Source: Auanema rhodensis | Lineage: Eukaryota; Animalia; Nematoda | Assembly: GCA_964057225.1 (NCBI GenBank) | Contig: OZ059896.1 | Location: 21,638,001 to 21,702,000 of the forward strand | Reading direction: 5' to 3' | DNA length: 64,000 nucleotides | Shown here: piece by piece, positions 38,701 to 53,800 of the stretch | Position numbering within the stretch: the first letter of the stretch is position 1 | How the letters are laid out: each line of letters starts with the position of its first letter | Program-made: the position numbers and the translations under genes | The notes under the pieces: model-generated | Database searches by the model: none | The model's input: the letters and a program-made list of their open reading frames with translations, nothing else | What the model was told of the DNA's origin: nothing

Positions 38701-41700
38701 TTTTTCGTTGAATAACATTGTCCATCGTCTTTGCCTTGAAAAAAGGAATCTAAAAACATCTACTTTTTGCTAAATTATTTTAAAATTTTTCGAAAAAATT
38801 TTTGTCAAAATGTTTTTGGAAGCAATGTTGAGTGTACATGGAAACTCAACATACACTAATGCATCATTTTTCAAACGATCATAACTAATTTTTGTATTAA
38901 GCGTTTCTCAATGTAGTATAGTGCATTCGATGCGGATTTTTAAGCTGCGTCGATCTGTGTTATCAGATTTGCGCTAGCTTAAAAATGCCCCAAGATATCA
39001 ACTGATATAAGTGCACACTTATATCCTCGATTTTCACCCTGAAGAATTAATTTTTTCGTTGAATAACATTGTCCATCGTCTTTGCCTTGAATAAAGGAAT
39101 CTAAAAACATCTACTTTTTACTAAATTATTTTGAAATTTTTCGAAAAAATTTTTGTCAAAATGTTTTTGGAAGCAATGTTGAGTGTACATGGAAACTCAA
39201 CATACACTAATGCATCATTTTTCAAACGATCATAACTAATTTTTGTATTAAGCGTTTCTCAATGTAGTATAGTGCATTCGATGCGGATTTTTAAGCTGCG
39301 TCGATCTGTGTTATCAGATTTGCGCTAGCTTGAAAATGCACCGAGATATCAACTGATATAAGTTCACACTTATATCCTCGATTTTCACCCTGAAGAATTA
39401 ATTTTTTCGTTGAATAACATTGTCCATCGTCTTTGCCTTGAAAAAAGGAATCTAAAAACATCTACTTTTTGCTAAATTATTTTGAAATTTTTCGAAAAAA
39501 TTTTTGTCAAAATGTTTTTGGAAGCAATGTTGAGTGTACATGGAAACTCAACATACACTAATGCATCATTTTTCAAACGATCATAACTAATTTTTGTATT
39601 AAGCGTTTCTCAATGTAATATAGTGCATTCGATGCGGATTTTCAAGCTGCGTCGATCTGTGTTATCAGATTTGCGCTAGCTTAAAAATGCACCAAGATAT
39701 CAACTGATATAAGTGCACACTTATATCCTCGATTTTCACTCTGAAGAATTAATTTTTTCGTTGAATAACATTGTCCATCGTCTTTGCCTTGAAAAAAGGA
39801 ATCTAAAAACATCCACTTTTTGCTAAATTATTTTGAAATTTTTCGAAAAACTTTTTGTCAAAATGTTTTTGGAAGCAATGTTGAGTGTACATGGAAACTC
39901 AACATACACTAATGCATCATTTTTCAAACAATCATAACTAATTTTTGTATTAAGCGTTTCTCAATGTAGTATAGTGCATTCGATGCGGATTTTTAAGCTG
40001 CGTCGATCTGTGTTATCAGATTTGCGCTAGCTTGAAAATGCACCGAGATATCAACTGATATAAGTTTACCCTTATATCCTCGATTTTCACCCTGAAGAAT
40101 TAATTTTTTCGTTGAATAACATTGTCCATCGTCTTTGCCTTGGAAAAAGGAATCTAAAAACATCTACTTTTTGCTAAATTATTTTAAAATTTTTCGAAAA
40201 AATTTTTGTCAAAATGTTTTTGGAAGCAATGTTGAGTGTACATGGAAACTCAACATACACTAATGCATCATTTTTCAAACGATCATAACTAATTTTTGTA
40301 TTAAGCGTTTCTCAATGTAGTATAGTGCATTCGGTGCGGATTTTTAAGCTGCGTCGATCTGTGTTATCAGATTTGCGCTAGCTTAAAAATGCACCAAGAT
40401 ATCAACTGATATAAGTGCACACTTATATCCTCGATTTTCACCCTGAAGAATTAATTTTTTCGTTGAATAACATTGTCCATCGTCTTTGCCTTGAAAAAAG
40501 GAATCTAAAAACATCTACTTTTTGCTAAATTATTTTGAAATTTTTCGAAAAAATTTTTGTCAAAATGTTTTTGGAAGCAATGTTGAGTGTACATGGAAAC
40601 TCAACATACACTAATGCATCATTTTTCAAACGATCATAACTAATTTTTGTATTAAGCGTTTCTCAATGTAGTATAGTGCATTCGATGCGGATTTTTAAGC
40701 TGCGTCGATCTGTGTTATCAGATCTGCGCTAGCTTAAAAATGCACCGAGATATCAACTGATATAAGTTCACACTTATATCCTCGATTTTCACCCTGAAGA
40801 ATTAATTTTTTCGTTGAATAACATTGTCCATCGTCTTTGCCTTGAAAAAAGGAATCTAAAAACATCTACTTTTTGCTAAATTATTTTGAAATTTTTCGAA
40901 AAACTTTTTGTCAAAATGTTTTTGGAAGCAATGTTGAGTGTACATGGAAACTCAACATACACTAATGCATCATTTTTCAAACAATCATAACTAATTTTTG
41001 TATTAAGCGTTTCTCAATGTAGTATAGTGCATTCGGTGCGGATTTTTAAGCTGCGTCGATCTGTGTTATCAGATTTGCGCTAGCTTAAAAATGCACCAAG
41101 ATATCAACTGATATAAGTGCACACTTATATCCTCGATTTTCACCCTGAAGAATTAATTTTTTCGTTGAATAACATTGTCCATCGTCTTTGCCTTGAAAAA
41201 AGGAATCTAAAAACATCTACTTTTTGCTAAATTATTTTGAAATTTTTCGAAAAAATTTTTGTCAAAATGTTTTTGGAAGCAATGTTGAGTGTACATGGAA
41301 ACTCAACATACACTAATGCATCATTTTTCAAACGATCATAACTAATTTTTGTATTAAGCGTTTCTCAATGTAGTATAGTGCATTCGATGCGGATTTTTAA
41401 GCTGCGTCGATCTGTGTTATCAGATCTGCGCTAGCTTAAAAATGCACCGAGATATCAACTGATATAAGTTCACACTTATATCCTCGATTTTCACCCTGAA
41501 GAATTAATTTTTTCGTTGAATAACATTGTCCATCGTCTTTGCCTTGAAAAAAGGAATCTAAAAACATCTACTTTTTGCTAAATTATTTTGAAATTTTTCG
41601 AAAAAATTTTTGTCAAAATGTTTTTGGAAGCAATGTTGAGTGTACATGGAAACTCAACATACACTAATGCATCATTTTTCAAACGATCATAACTAATTTT

Positions 41701-41899
41701 TGTATTAAGCGTTTCTCAATGTAGTATAGTGCATTCGATGCGGATTTTTAAGCTGCGTCGATCTGTGTTATCAGATCTGCGCTAGCTTAAAAATGCACCG
41801 AGATATCAACTGATATAAGTTCACACTTATATCCTCGATTTTCACCCTGAAGAATTAATTTTTTCGTTGAATAACATTGTCCATCGTCTTTGCCTTGAA

Positions 41900-44800
41900 A
41901 AAAGGAATCTAAAAACATCCACTTTTTGCTAAATTATTTTGAAATTTTTCGAAAAAATTTTTGTCAAAATGTTTTTGGAAGCAATGTTGAGTGTATATGG
42001 AAACTCAACATACACTAATGCATCATTTTTCAAACAATCATAACTAATTTTTGTATTAAGCGTCTCTCAATGTAGTATAGTGCATTCGATGCGGATTTTT
42101 AAGCTGCGTCGATCTGTGTTATCAGATTTGCGCTAGCTTAAAAATGCACCAAGATATCAACTGATATAAGTGCACACTTATATCCTCGATTTTCACCCTG
42201 AAGAATTAATTTTTTCGTTGAATAACATTGTCCATCGTCTTTGCCTTAAAAAAAGGAATCTAAAAACATCTACTTTTTGCTAAATTATTTTGAAATTTTT
42301 CGAAAAAATTTTTGTCAAAATGTTTTTGGAAGCAATGTTGAGTGTACATGGAAACTCAACATACACTAATGCATCATTTTTCAAACGATCATAACTAATT
42401 TTTGTATTAAGCGTTTCTCAATGTAGTATAGTGCATTCGATGCGGATTTTTAAGCTGCGTCGATCTGTGTTATCAGATCTGCGCTAGCTTAAAAATGCAC
42501 CGAGATATCAACTGATATAAGTTCACACTTATATCCTCGATTTTCACCCTGAAGAATTAATTTTTTCGTTGAATAACATTGTCCATCGTCTTTGCCTTGA
42601 AAAAAGGAATCTAAAAACATCTACTTTTTGCTAAATTATTTTGAAATTTTTCGAAAAAATTTTTGTCAAAATGTTTTTGGAAGCAATGTTGAGTGTACAT
42701 GGAAACTCAACATACACTAATGCATCATTTTTCAAACGATCATAACTAATTTTTGTATTAAGCGTTTCTCAATGTAATATAGTGCATTCGATGCGGATTT
42801 TCAAGCTGCGTCGATCTGTGTTATCAGATTTGCGCTAGCTTAAAAATGCACCAAGATATCAACTGATATAAGTGCACACTTATATCCTCGATTTTCACTC
42901 TGAAGAATTAATTTTTTCGTTGAATAACATTGTCCATCGTCTTTGCCTTGAAAAAAGGAATCTAAAAACATCCACTTTTTGCTAAATTATTTTGAAATTT
43001 TTCGAAAAAATTTTTGTCAAAATGTTTTTGGAAGCAATGTTGAGTGTATATGGAAACTCAATATACACTAATGCATCATTTTTCAAACAATCATAACTAA
43101 TTTTTGTATTAAGCGTCTCTCAATGTAGTATAGTGCATTCGATGCGGATTTTTAAGCTGCGTCGATCTGTGTTATCAGATTTGCGCTAGCTTAAAAATGC
43201 ACCAAGATATCAACTGATATAAGTGCACACTTATATCCTCGATTTTCACCCTGAAGAAATAATTTTTTCGTTGAATAACATTGTCCATCGTCTTTGCCTT
43301 GAAAAAAGGAATCTAAAAACATCTACTTTTTGCTAAATTATTTTGAAATTTTTCGAAAAAATTTTTGTCAAAATGTTTTTGGAAGCAATGTTGAGTGTAC
43401 ATGGAAACTCAACATACACTAATGCATCATTTTTCAAACGATCATAACTAATTTTTGTATTAAGCGTTTCTCAATGTAGTATAGTGCATTCGATGCGGAT
43501 TTTTAAGCTGCGTCGATCTGTGTTATCAGATCTGCGCTAGCTTAACAATGCACCGAGATATCAACTGATATAAGTTCACACTTATATCCTCGATTTTCAC
43601 CCTGAAGAATTAATTTTTTCGTTGAATAACATTGTCCATCGTCTTTGCCTTGAAAAAAGGAATCTAAAAACATCTACTTTTTGCTAAATTATTTTGAAAT
43701 TTTTCGAAAAAATTTTTGTCAAAATGTTTTTAGAAGCAATGTTGAGTGTACATGGAAACTCAACATACACTAATGCATCATTTTTCAAACGATCATAACT
43801 AATTTTTGTATTAAGCGTTTCTCAATGTAATATAGTGCATTCGATGCGGATTTTCAAGCTGCGTCGATCTGTGTTATCAGATTTGCGCTAGCTTAAAAAT
43901 GCACCAAGATATCAACTGATATAAGTGCACACTTATATCCTCGATTTTCACTCTGAAGAATTAATTTTTTCGTTGAATAACATTGTCCATCGTCTTTGCC
44001 TTGAAAAAAGGAATCTAAAAACATCCACTTTTTGCTAAATTATTTTGAAATTTTTCGAAAAAATTTTTGTCAAAATGTTTTTGGAAGCAATGTTGAGTGT
44101 ATATGGAAACTCAACATACACTAATGCATCATTTTTCAAACAATCATAACTAATTTTTGTATTAAGCGTCTCTCAATGTAGTATAGTGCATTCGATGCGG
44201 ATTTTTAAGCTGCGTCGATCTGTGTTATCAGATTTGCGCTAGCTTGAAAATGCACCAAGATATCAACTGATATAAGTGCACACTTATATCCTCGATTTTC
44301 ACCCTGAAGAATTAATTTTTTCGTTGAATAACATTGTCCATCGTCTTTGCCTTAAAAAAAGGAATCTAAAAACATCTACTTTTTGCTAAATTATTTTGAA
44401 ATTTTTCGAAAAAATTTTTGTCAAAATGTTTTTGGAAGCAATGTTGAGTGTACATGGAAACTCAACATACACTAATGCATCATTTTTCAAACGATCATAA
44501 CTAATTTTTGTATTAAGCGTTTCTCAATGTAGTATAGTGCATTCGATGCGGATTTTTAAGCTGCGTCGATCTGTGTTATCAGATCTGCGCTAGCTTAAAA
44601 ATGCACCGAGATATCAACTGATATAAGTTCACACTTATATCCTCGATTTTCACCCTGAAGAATTAATTTTTTCGTTGAATAACATTGTCCATCGTCTTTG
44701 CCTTGAAAAAAGGAATCTAAAAACATCTACTTTTTGCTAAATTATTTTGAAATTTTTCGAAAAAATTTTTGTCAAAATGTTTTTGGAAGCAATGTTGAGT

Positions 44801-47800
44801 GTACATGGAAACTCAACATACACTAATGCATCATTTTTCAAACGATCATAACTAATTTTTGTATTAAGCGTTTCTCAATGTAATATAGTGCATTCGATGC
44901 GGATTTTCAAGCTGCGTCGATCTGTGTTATCAGATTTGCGCTAGCTTAAAAATGCACCAAGATATCAACTGATATAAGTGCACACTTATATCCTCGATTT
45001 TCACTCTGAAGAATTAATTTTTTCGTTGAATAACATTGTCCATCGTCTTTGCCTTGAAAAAAGGAATCTAAAAACATCCACTTTTTGCTAAATTATTTTG
45101 AAATTTTTCGAAAAAATTTTTGTCAAAATGTTTTTGGAAGCAATGTTGAGTGTATATGGAAACTCAACATACACTAATGCATCATTTTTCAAACAATCAT
45201 AACTAATTTTTGTATTAAGCGTCTCTCAATGTAGTATAGTGCATTCGATGCGGATTTTTAAGCTGCGTCGATCTGTGTTATCAGATTTGCGCTAGCTTAA
45301 AAATGCACCAAGATATCAACTGATATAAGTGCACACTTATATCCTCGATTTTCACCCTGAAGAATTAATTTTTTCGTTGAATAACATTGTCCATCGTCTT
45401 TGCCTTAAAAAAAGGAATCTAAAAACATCTACTTTTTGCTAAATTATTTTGAAATTTTTCGAAAAAATTTTTGTCAAAATGTTTTTGGAAGCAATGTTGA
45501 GTGTACATGGAAACTCAACATACACTAATGCATCATTTTTCAAACGATCATAACTAATTTTTGTATTAAGCGTTTCTCAATGTAGTATAGTGCATTCGAT
45601 GCGGATTTTTAAGCTGCGTCGATCTGTGTTATCAGATCTGCGCTAGCTTAAAAATGCACCGAGATATCAACTGATATAAGTTCACACTTATATCCTCGAT
45701 TTTCACCCTGAAGAATTAATTTTTCCGTTGAATAACATTGTCCATCGTCTTTGCCTTGAAAAAAGGAATCTAAAAACATCTACTTTTTGCTAAATTATTT
45801 TGAAATTTTTCGAAAAAATTTTTGTCAAAATGTTTTTGGAAGCAATGTTGAGTGTACATGGAAACTCAACATACACTAATGCATCATTTTTCAAACGATC
45901 ATAACTAATTTTTGTATTAAGCGTTTCTCAATGTAATATAGTGCATTCGATGCGGATTTTCAAGCTGCGTCGATCTGTGTTATCAGATTTGCGCTAGCTT
46001 AAAAATGCACCAAGATATCAACTGATATAAGTGCACACTTATATCCTCGATTTTCACTCTGAAGAATTAATTTTTTCGTTGAATAACATTGTCCATCGTC
46101 TTTGCCTTGAAAAAAGGAATCTAAAAACATCCACTTTTTGCTAAATTATTTTGAAATTTTTCGAAAAAATTTTTGTCAAAATGTTTTTGGAAGCAATGTT
46201 GAGTGTATATGGAAACTCAACATACACTAATGCATCATTTTTCAAACAATCATAACTAATTTTTGTATTAAGCGTCTCTCAATGTAGTATAGTGCATTCG
46301 ATGCGGATTTTTAAGCTGCGTCGATCTGTGTTATCAGATTTGCGCTAGCTTAAAAATGCACCAAGATATCAACTGATATAAGTGCACACTTATATCCTCG
46401 ATTTTCACCCTGAAGAATTAATTTTTCCGTTGAATAACATTGTCCATCGTCTTTGCCTTGAAAAAAGGAATCTAAAAACATCTACTTTTTGCTAAATTAT
46501 TTTGAAATTTTTCGAAAAAATTTTTGTCAAAATGTTTTTGGAAGCAATGTTGAGTGTACATGGAAACTCAACATACACTAATGCATCATTTTTCAAACGA
46601 TCATAACTAATTTTTGTATTAAGCGTTTCTCAATGTAATATAGTGCATTCGATGCGGATTTTCAAGCTGCGTCGATCTGTGTTATCAGATTTACGCTAGC
46701 TTAAAAATGCACCAAGATATCAACTGATATAAGTGCACACTTATATCCTCGATTTTCACTCTGAAGAATTAATTTTTTCGTTGAATAACATTGTCCATCG
46801 TCTTTGCCTTGAAAAAAGGAATCTAAAAACATCCACTTTTTGCTAAATTATTTTGAAATTTTTCGAAAACATTTTTGTCAAAATGTTTTTGGAAGCAATG
46901 TTGAGTGTATATGGAAACTCAACATACACTAATGCATCATTTTTCAAACAATCATAACTAATTTTTGTATTAAGCGTCTCTCAATGTAGTATAGTGCATT
47001 CGATGCGGATTTTTAAGCTGCGTCGATCTGTGTTATCAGATTTGCGCTAGCTTAAAAATGCACCAAGATATCAACTGATATAAGTGCACACTTATATCCT
47101 CGATTTTCACCCTGAAGAATTAATTTTTTCGTTGAATAACATTGTCCATCGTCTTTGCCTTAAAAAAAGGAATCTAAAAACATCTACTTTTTGCTAAATT
47201 ATTTTGAAATTTTTCGAAAAAATTTTTGTCAAAATGTTTTTGGAAGCAATGTTGAGTGTACATGGAAACTCAACATACACTAATGCATCATTTTTCAAAC
47301 GATCATAACTAATTTTTGTATTAAGCGTTTCTCAATGTAGTATAGTGCATTCGATGCGGATTTTTAAGCTGCGTCGATCTGTGTTATCAGATCTGCGCTA
47401 GCTTAAAAATGCACCGAGATATCAACTGATATAAGTTCACACTTATATCCTCGATTTTCACTCTGAAGAATTAATTTTTTCGTTGAATAACATTGTCCAT
47501 CGTCTTTGCCTTGAAAAAAGGAATCTAAAAACATCTACTTTTTGCTAAATTATTTTGAAATTTTTCGAAAAAATTTTTGTCAAAATGTTTTTGGAAGCAA
47601 TGTTGAGTGTACATGGAAACTCAACATACACTAATGCATCATTTTTCAAACGATCATAACTAATTTTTGTATTAAGCGTTTCTCAATGTAATATAGTGCA
47701 TTCGATGCGGATTTTCAAGCTGCGTCGATCTGTGTTATCAGATTTGCGCTAGCTTAAAAATGCACCAAGATATCAACTGATATAAGTGCACACTTATATC

Positions 47801-50800
47801 CTCGATTTTCACTCTGAAGAATTAATTTTTTCGTTGAATAACATTGTCCATCGTCTTTGCCTTGAAAAAAGGAATCTAAAAACATCCACTTTTTGCTAAA
47901 TTATTTTGAAATTTTTCGAAAAAATTTTTGTCAAAATGTTTTTGGAAGCAATGTTGAGTGTATATGGAAACTCAACATACACTAATGCATCATTTTTCAA
48001 ACAATCATAACTAATTTTTGTATTAAGCGTCTCTCAATGTAGTATAGTGCATTCGATGCAGATTTTTAAGCTGCGTCGATCTGTGTTATCAGATTTGCGC
48101 TAGCTTAAAAATGCACCAAGATATCAACTGATATAAGTGCACACTTATATCCTCGATTTTCACCCTGAAGAATTAATTTTTTCGTTGAATAACATTGTCC
48201 ATCGTCTTTGCCTTAAAAAAAGGAATCTAAAAACATCTACTTTTTGCTAAATTATTTTGAAATTTTTCGAAAAAATTTTTGTCAAAATGTTTTTGGAAGC
48301 AATGTTGAGTGTACATGGAAACTCAACATACACTAATGCATCATTTTTCAAACGATCATAACTAATTTTTGTATTAAGCGTTTCTCAATGTAGTATAGTG
48401 CATTCGATGCGGATTTTTAAGCTGCGTCGATCTGTGTTATCAGATCTGCGCTAGCTTAAAAATGCACCGAGATATCAACTGATATAAGTTCACACTTATA
48501 TCCTCGATTTTCACCCTGAAGAATTAATTTTTCCGTTGAATAACATTGTCCATCGTCTTTGCCTTGAAAAAAGGAATCTAAAAACATCTACTTTTTGCTA
48601 AATTATTTTGAAATTTTTCGAAAAAATTTTTGTCAAAATGTTTTTGGAAGCAATGTTGAGTGTACATGGAAACTCAACATACACTAATGCATCATTTTTC
48701 AAACGATCATAACTAATTTTTGTATTAAGCGTTTCTCAATGTAATATAGTGCATTCGATGCGGATTTTCAAGCTGCGTCGATCTGTGTTATCAGATTTGC
48801 GCTAGCTTAAAAATGCACCAAGATATCAACTGATATAAGTGCACACTTATATCCTCGATTTTCACTCTGAAGAATTAATTTTTTCGTTGAATAACATTGT
48901 CCATCGTCTTTGCCTTGAAAAAAGGAATCTAAAAACATCCACTTTTTGCTAAATTATTTTGAAATTTTTCGAAAAAATTTTTGTCAAAATGTTTTTGGAA
49001 GCAATGTTGAGTGTATATGGAAACTCAACATACACTAATGCATCATTTTTCAAACAATCATAACTAATTTTTGTATTAAGCGTCTCTCAATGTAGTATAG
49101 TGCATTCGATGCGGATTTTTAAGCTGCGTCGATCTGTGTTATCAGATTTGCGCTAGCTTAAAAATGCACCAAGATATCAACTGATATAAGTGCACACTTA
49201 TATCCTCGATTTTCACCCTGAAGAATTAATTTTTCCGTTGAATAACATTGTCCATCGTCTTTGCCTTGAAAAAAGGAATCTAAAAACATCTACTTTTTGC
49301 TAAATTATTTTGAAATTTTTCGAAAAAATTTTTGTCAAAATGTTTTTGGAAGCAATGTTGAGTGTACATGGAAACTCAACATACACTAATGCATCATTTT
49401 TCAAACGATCATAACTAATTTTTGTATTAAGCGTTTCTCAATGTAATATAGTGCATTCGATGCGGATTTTCAAGCTGCGTCGATCTGTGTTATCAGATTT
49501 GCGCTAGCTTAAAAATGCACCAAGATATCAACTGATATAAGTGCACACTTATATCCTCGATTTTCACTCTGAAGAATTAATTTTTTCGTTGAATAACATT
49601 GTCCATCGTCTTTGCCTTGAAAAAAGGAATCTAAAAACATCCACTTTTTGCTAAATTATTTTGAAATTTTTCGAAAAAATTTTTGTCAAAATGTTTTTGG
49701 AAGCAATGTTGAGTGTATATGGAAACTCAACATACACTAATGCATCATTTTTCAAACAATCATAACTAATTTTTGTATTAAGCGTCTCTCAATGTAGTAT
49801 AGTGCATTCGATGCGGATTTTTAAGCTGCGTCGATCTGTGTTATCAGATTTGCGCTAGCTTAAAAATGCACCAAGATATCAACTGATATAAGTGCACACT
49901 TATATCCTCGATTTTCACCCTGAAGAATTAATTTTTTCGTTGAATAACATTGTCCATCGTCTTTGCCTTAAAAAAAGGAATCTAAAAACATCTACTTTTT
50001 GCTAAATTATTTTGAAATTTTTCGAAAAAATTTTTGTCAAAATGTTTTTGGAAGCAATGTTGAGTGTACATGGAAACTCAACATACACTAATGCATCATT
50101 TTTCAAACGATCATAACTAATTTTTGTATTAAGCGTTTCTCAATGTAGTATAGTGCATTCGATGCGGATTTTTAAGCTGCGTCGATCTGTGTTATCAGAT
50201 CTGCGCTAGCTTAAAAATGCACCGAGATATCAACTGATATAAGTTCACACTTATATCCTCGATTTTCACTCTGAAGAATTAATTTTTTCGTTGAATAACA
50301 TTGTCCATCGTCTTTGCCTTGAAAAAAGGAATCTAAAAACATCTACTTTTTGCTAAATTATTTTGAAATTTTTCGAAAAAATTTTTGTCAAAATGTTTTT
50401 GGAAGCAATGTTGAGTGTACATGGAAACTCAACATACACTAATGCATCATTTTTCAAACGATCATAACTAATTTTTGTATTAAGCGTTTCTCAATGTAAT
50501 ATAGTGCATTCGATGCGGATTTTCAAGCTGCGTCGATCTGTGTTATCAGATTTGCGCTAGCTTAAAAATGCACCAAGATATCAACTGATATAAGTGCACA
50601 CTTATATCCTCGATTTTCACTCTGAAGAATTAATTTTTTCGTTGAATAACATTGTCCATCGTCTTTGCCTTGAAAAAAGGAATCTAAAAACATCCACTTT
50701 TTGCTAAATTATTTTGAAATTTTTCGAAAAAATTTTTGTCAAAATGTTTTTGGAAGCAATGTTGAGTGTATATGGAAACTCAACATACACTAATGCATCA

Positions 50801-53800
50801 TTTTTCAAACAATCATAACTAATTTTTGTATTAAGCGTCTCTCAATGTAGTATAGTGCATTCGATGCGGATTTTTAAGCTGCGTCGATCTGTGTTATCAG
50901 ATTTGCGCTAGCTTAAAAATGCACCAAGATATCAACTGATATAAGTGCACACTTATATCCTCGATTTTCACCCTGAAGAATTAATTTTTTCGTTGAATAA
51001 CATTGTCCATCGTCTTTGCCTTAAAAAAAGGAATCTAAAAACATCTACTTTTTGCTAAATTATTTTGAAATTTTTCGAAAAAATTTTTGTCAAAATGTTT
51101 TTGGAAGCAATGTTGAGTGTACATGGAAACTCAACATACACTAATGCATCATTTTTCAAACGATCATAACTAATTTTTGTATTAAGCGTTTCTCAATGTA
51201 GTATAGTGCATTCGATGCGGATTTTTAAGCTGCGTCGATCTGTGTTATCAGATCTGCGCTAGCTTAAAAATGCACCGAGATATCAACTGATATAAGTTCA
51301 CACTTATATCCTCGATTTTCACCCTGAAGAATTAATTTTTCCGTTGAATAACATTGTCCATCGTCTTTGCCTTGAAAAAAGGAATCTAAAAACATCTACT
51401 TTTTGCTAAATTATTTTGAAATTTTTCGAAAAAATTTTTGTCAAAATGTTTTTGGAAGCAATGTTGAGTGTACATGGAAACTCAACATACACTAATGCAT
51501 CATTTTTCAAACGATCATAACTAATTTTTGTATTAAGCGTTTCTCAATGTAATATAGTGCATTCGATGCGGATTTTCAAGCTGCGTCGATCTGTGTTATC
51601 AGATTTGCGCTAGCTTAAAAATGCACCAAGATATCAACTGATATAAGTGCACACTTATATCCTCGATTTTCACTCTGAAGAATTAATTTTTTCGTTGAAT
51701 AACATTGTCCATCGTCTTTGCCTTGAAAAAAGGAATCTAAAAACATCCACTTTTTGCTAAATTATTTTGAAATTTTTCGAAAAAATTTTTGTCAAAATGT
51801 TTTTGGAAGCAATGTTGAGTGTATATGGAAACTCAACATACACTAATGCATCATTTTTCAAACAATCATAACTAATTTTTGTATTAAGCGTCTCTCAATG
51901 TAGTATAGTGCATTCGATGCGGATTTTTAAGCTGCGTCGATCTGTGTTATCAGATTTGCGCTAGCTTAAAAATGCACCAAGATATCAACTGATATAAGTG
52001 CACACTTATATCCTCGATTTTCACCCTGAAGAATTAATTTTTCCGTTGAATAACATTGTCCATCGTCTTTGCCTTGAAAAAAGGAATCTAAAAACATCTA
52101 CTTTTTGCTAAATTATTTTGAAATTTTTCGAAAAAATTTTTGTCAAAATGTTTTTGGAAGCAATGTTGAGTGTACATGGAAACTCAACATACACTAATGC
52201 ATCATTTTTCAAACGATCATAACTAATTTTTGTATTAAGCGTCTCTCAATGTAGTATAGTGCATTCGATGCGGATTTTTAAGCTGCGTCGATCTGTGTTA
52301 TCAGATTTGCGCTAGCTTAAAAATGCACCAAGATATCAACTGATATAAGTGCACACTTATATCCTCGATTTTCACCCTGAAGAATTAATTTTTCCGTTGA
52401 ATAACATTGTCCATCGTCTTTGCCTTGAAAAAAGGAATCTAAAAACATCTACTTTTTGCTAAATTATTTTGAAATTTTTCGAAAAAATTTTTGTCAAAAT
52501 GTTTTTGGAAGCAATGTTGAGTGTACATGGAAACTCAACATACACTAATGCATCATTTTTCAAACGATCATAACTAATTTTTGTATTAAGCGTTTCTCAA
52601 TGTAATATAGTGCATTCGATGCGGATTTTCAAGCTGCGTCGATCTGTGTTATCAGATTTGCGCTAGCTTAAAAATGCACCAAGATATCAACTGATATAAG
52701 TGCACACTTATATCCTCGATTTTCACTCTGAAGAATTAATTTTTTCGTTGAATAACATTGTCCATCGTCTTTGCCTTGAAAAAAGGAATCTAAAAACATC
52801 CACTTTTTGCTAAATTATTTTGAAATTTTTCGAAAAAATTTTTGTCAAAATGTTTTTGGAAGCAATGTTGAGTGTATATGGAAACTCAACATACACTAAT
52901 GCATCATTTTTCAAACAATCATAACTAATTTTTGTATTAAGCGTCTCTCAATGTAGTATAGTGCATTCGATGCGGATTTTTAAGCTGCGTCGATCTGTGT
53001 TATCAGATTTGCGCTAGCTTAAAAATGCACCAAGATATCAACTGATATAAGTGCACACTTATATCCTCGATTTTCACCCTGAAGAATTAATTTTTTCGTT
53101 GAATAACATTGTCCATCGTCTTTGCCTTAAAAAAAGGAATCTAAAAACATCTACTTTTTGCTAAATTATTTTGAAATTTTTCGAAAAAATTTTTGTCAAA
53201 ATGTTTTTGGAAGCAATGTTGAGTGTACATGGAAACTCAACATACACTAATGCATCATTTTTCAAACGATCATAACTAATTTTTGTATTAAGCGTTTCTC
53301 AATGTAGTATAGTGCATTCGATGCGGATTTTTAAGCTGCGTCGATCTGTGTTATCAGATCTGCGCTAGCTTAAAAATGCACCGAGATATCAATTGATATA
53401 AGTTCACACTTATATCCTCGATTTTCACTCTGAAGAATTAATTTTTTCGTTGAATAACATTGTCCATCGTCTTTGCCTTGAAAAAAGGAATCTAAAAACA
53501 TCTACTTTTTGCTAAATTATTTTGAAATTTTTCGAAAAAATTTTTGTCAAAATGTTTTTGGAAGCAATGTTGAGTGTACATGGAAACTCAACATACACTA
53601 ATGCATCATTTTTCAAACGATCATAACTAATTTTTGTATTAAGCGTTTCTCAATGTAATATAGTGCATTCGATGCGGATTTTCAAGCTGCGTCGATCTGT
53701 GTTATCAGATTTGCGCTAGCTTAAAAATGCACCAAGATATCAACTGATATAAGTGCACACTTATATCCTCGATTTTCACTCTGAAGAATTAATTTTTTCG

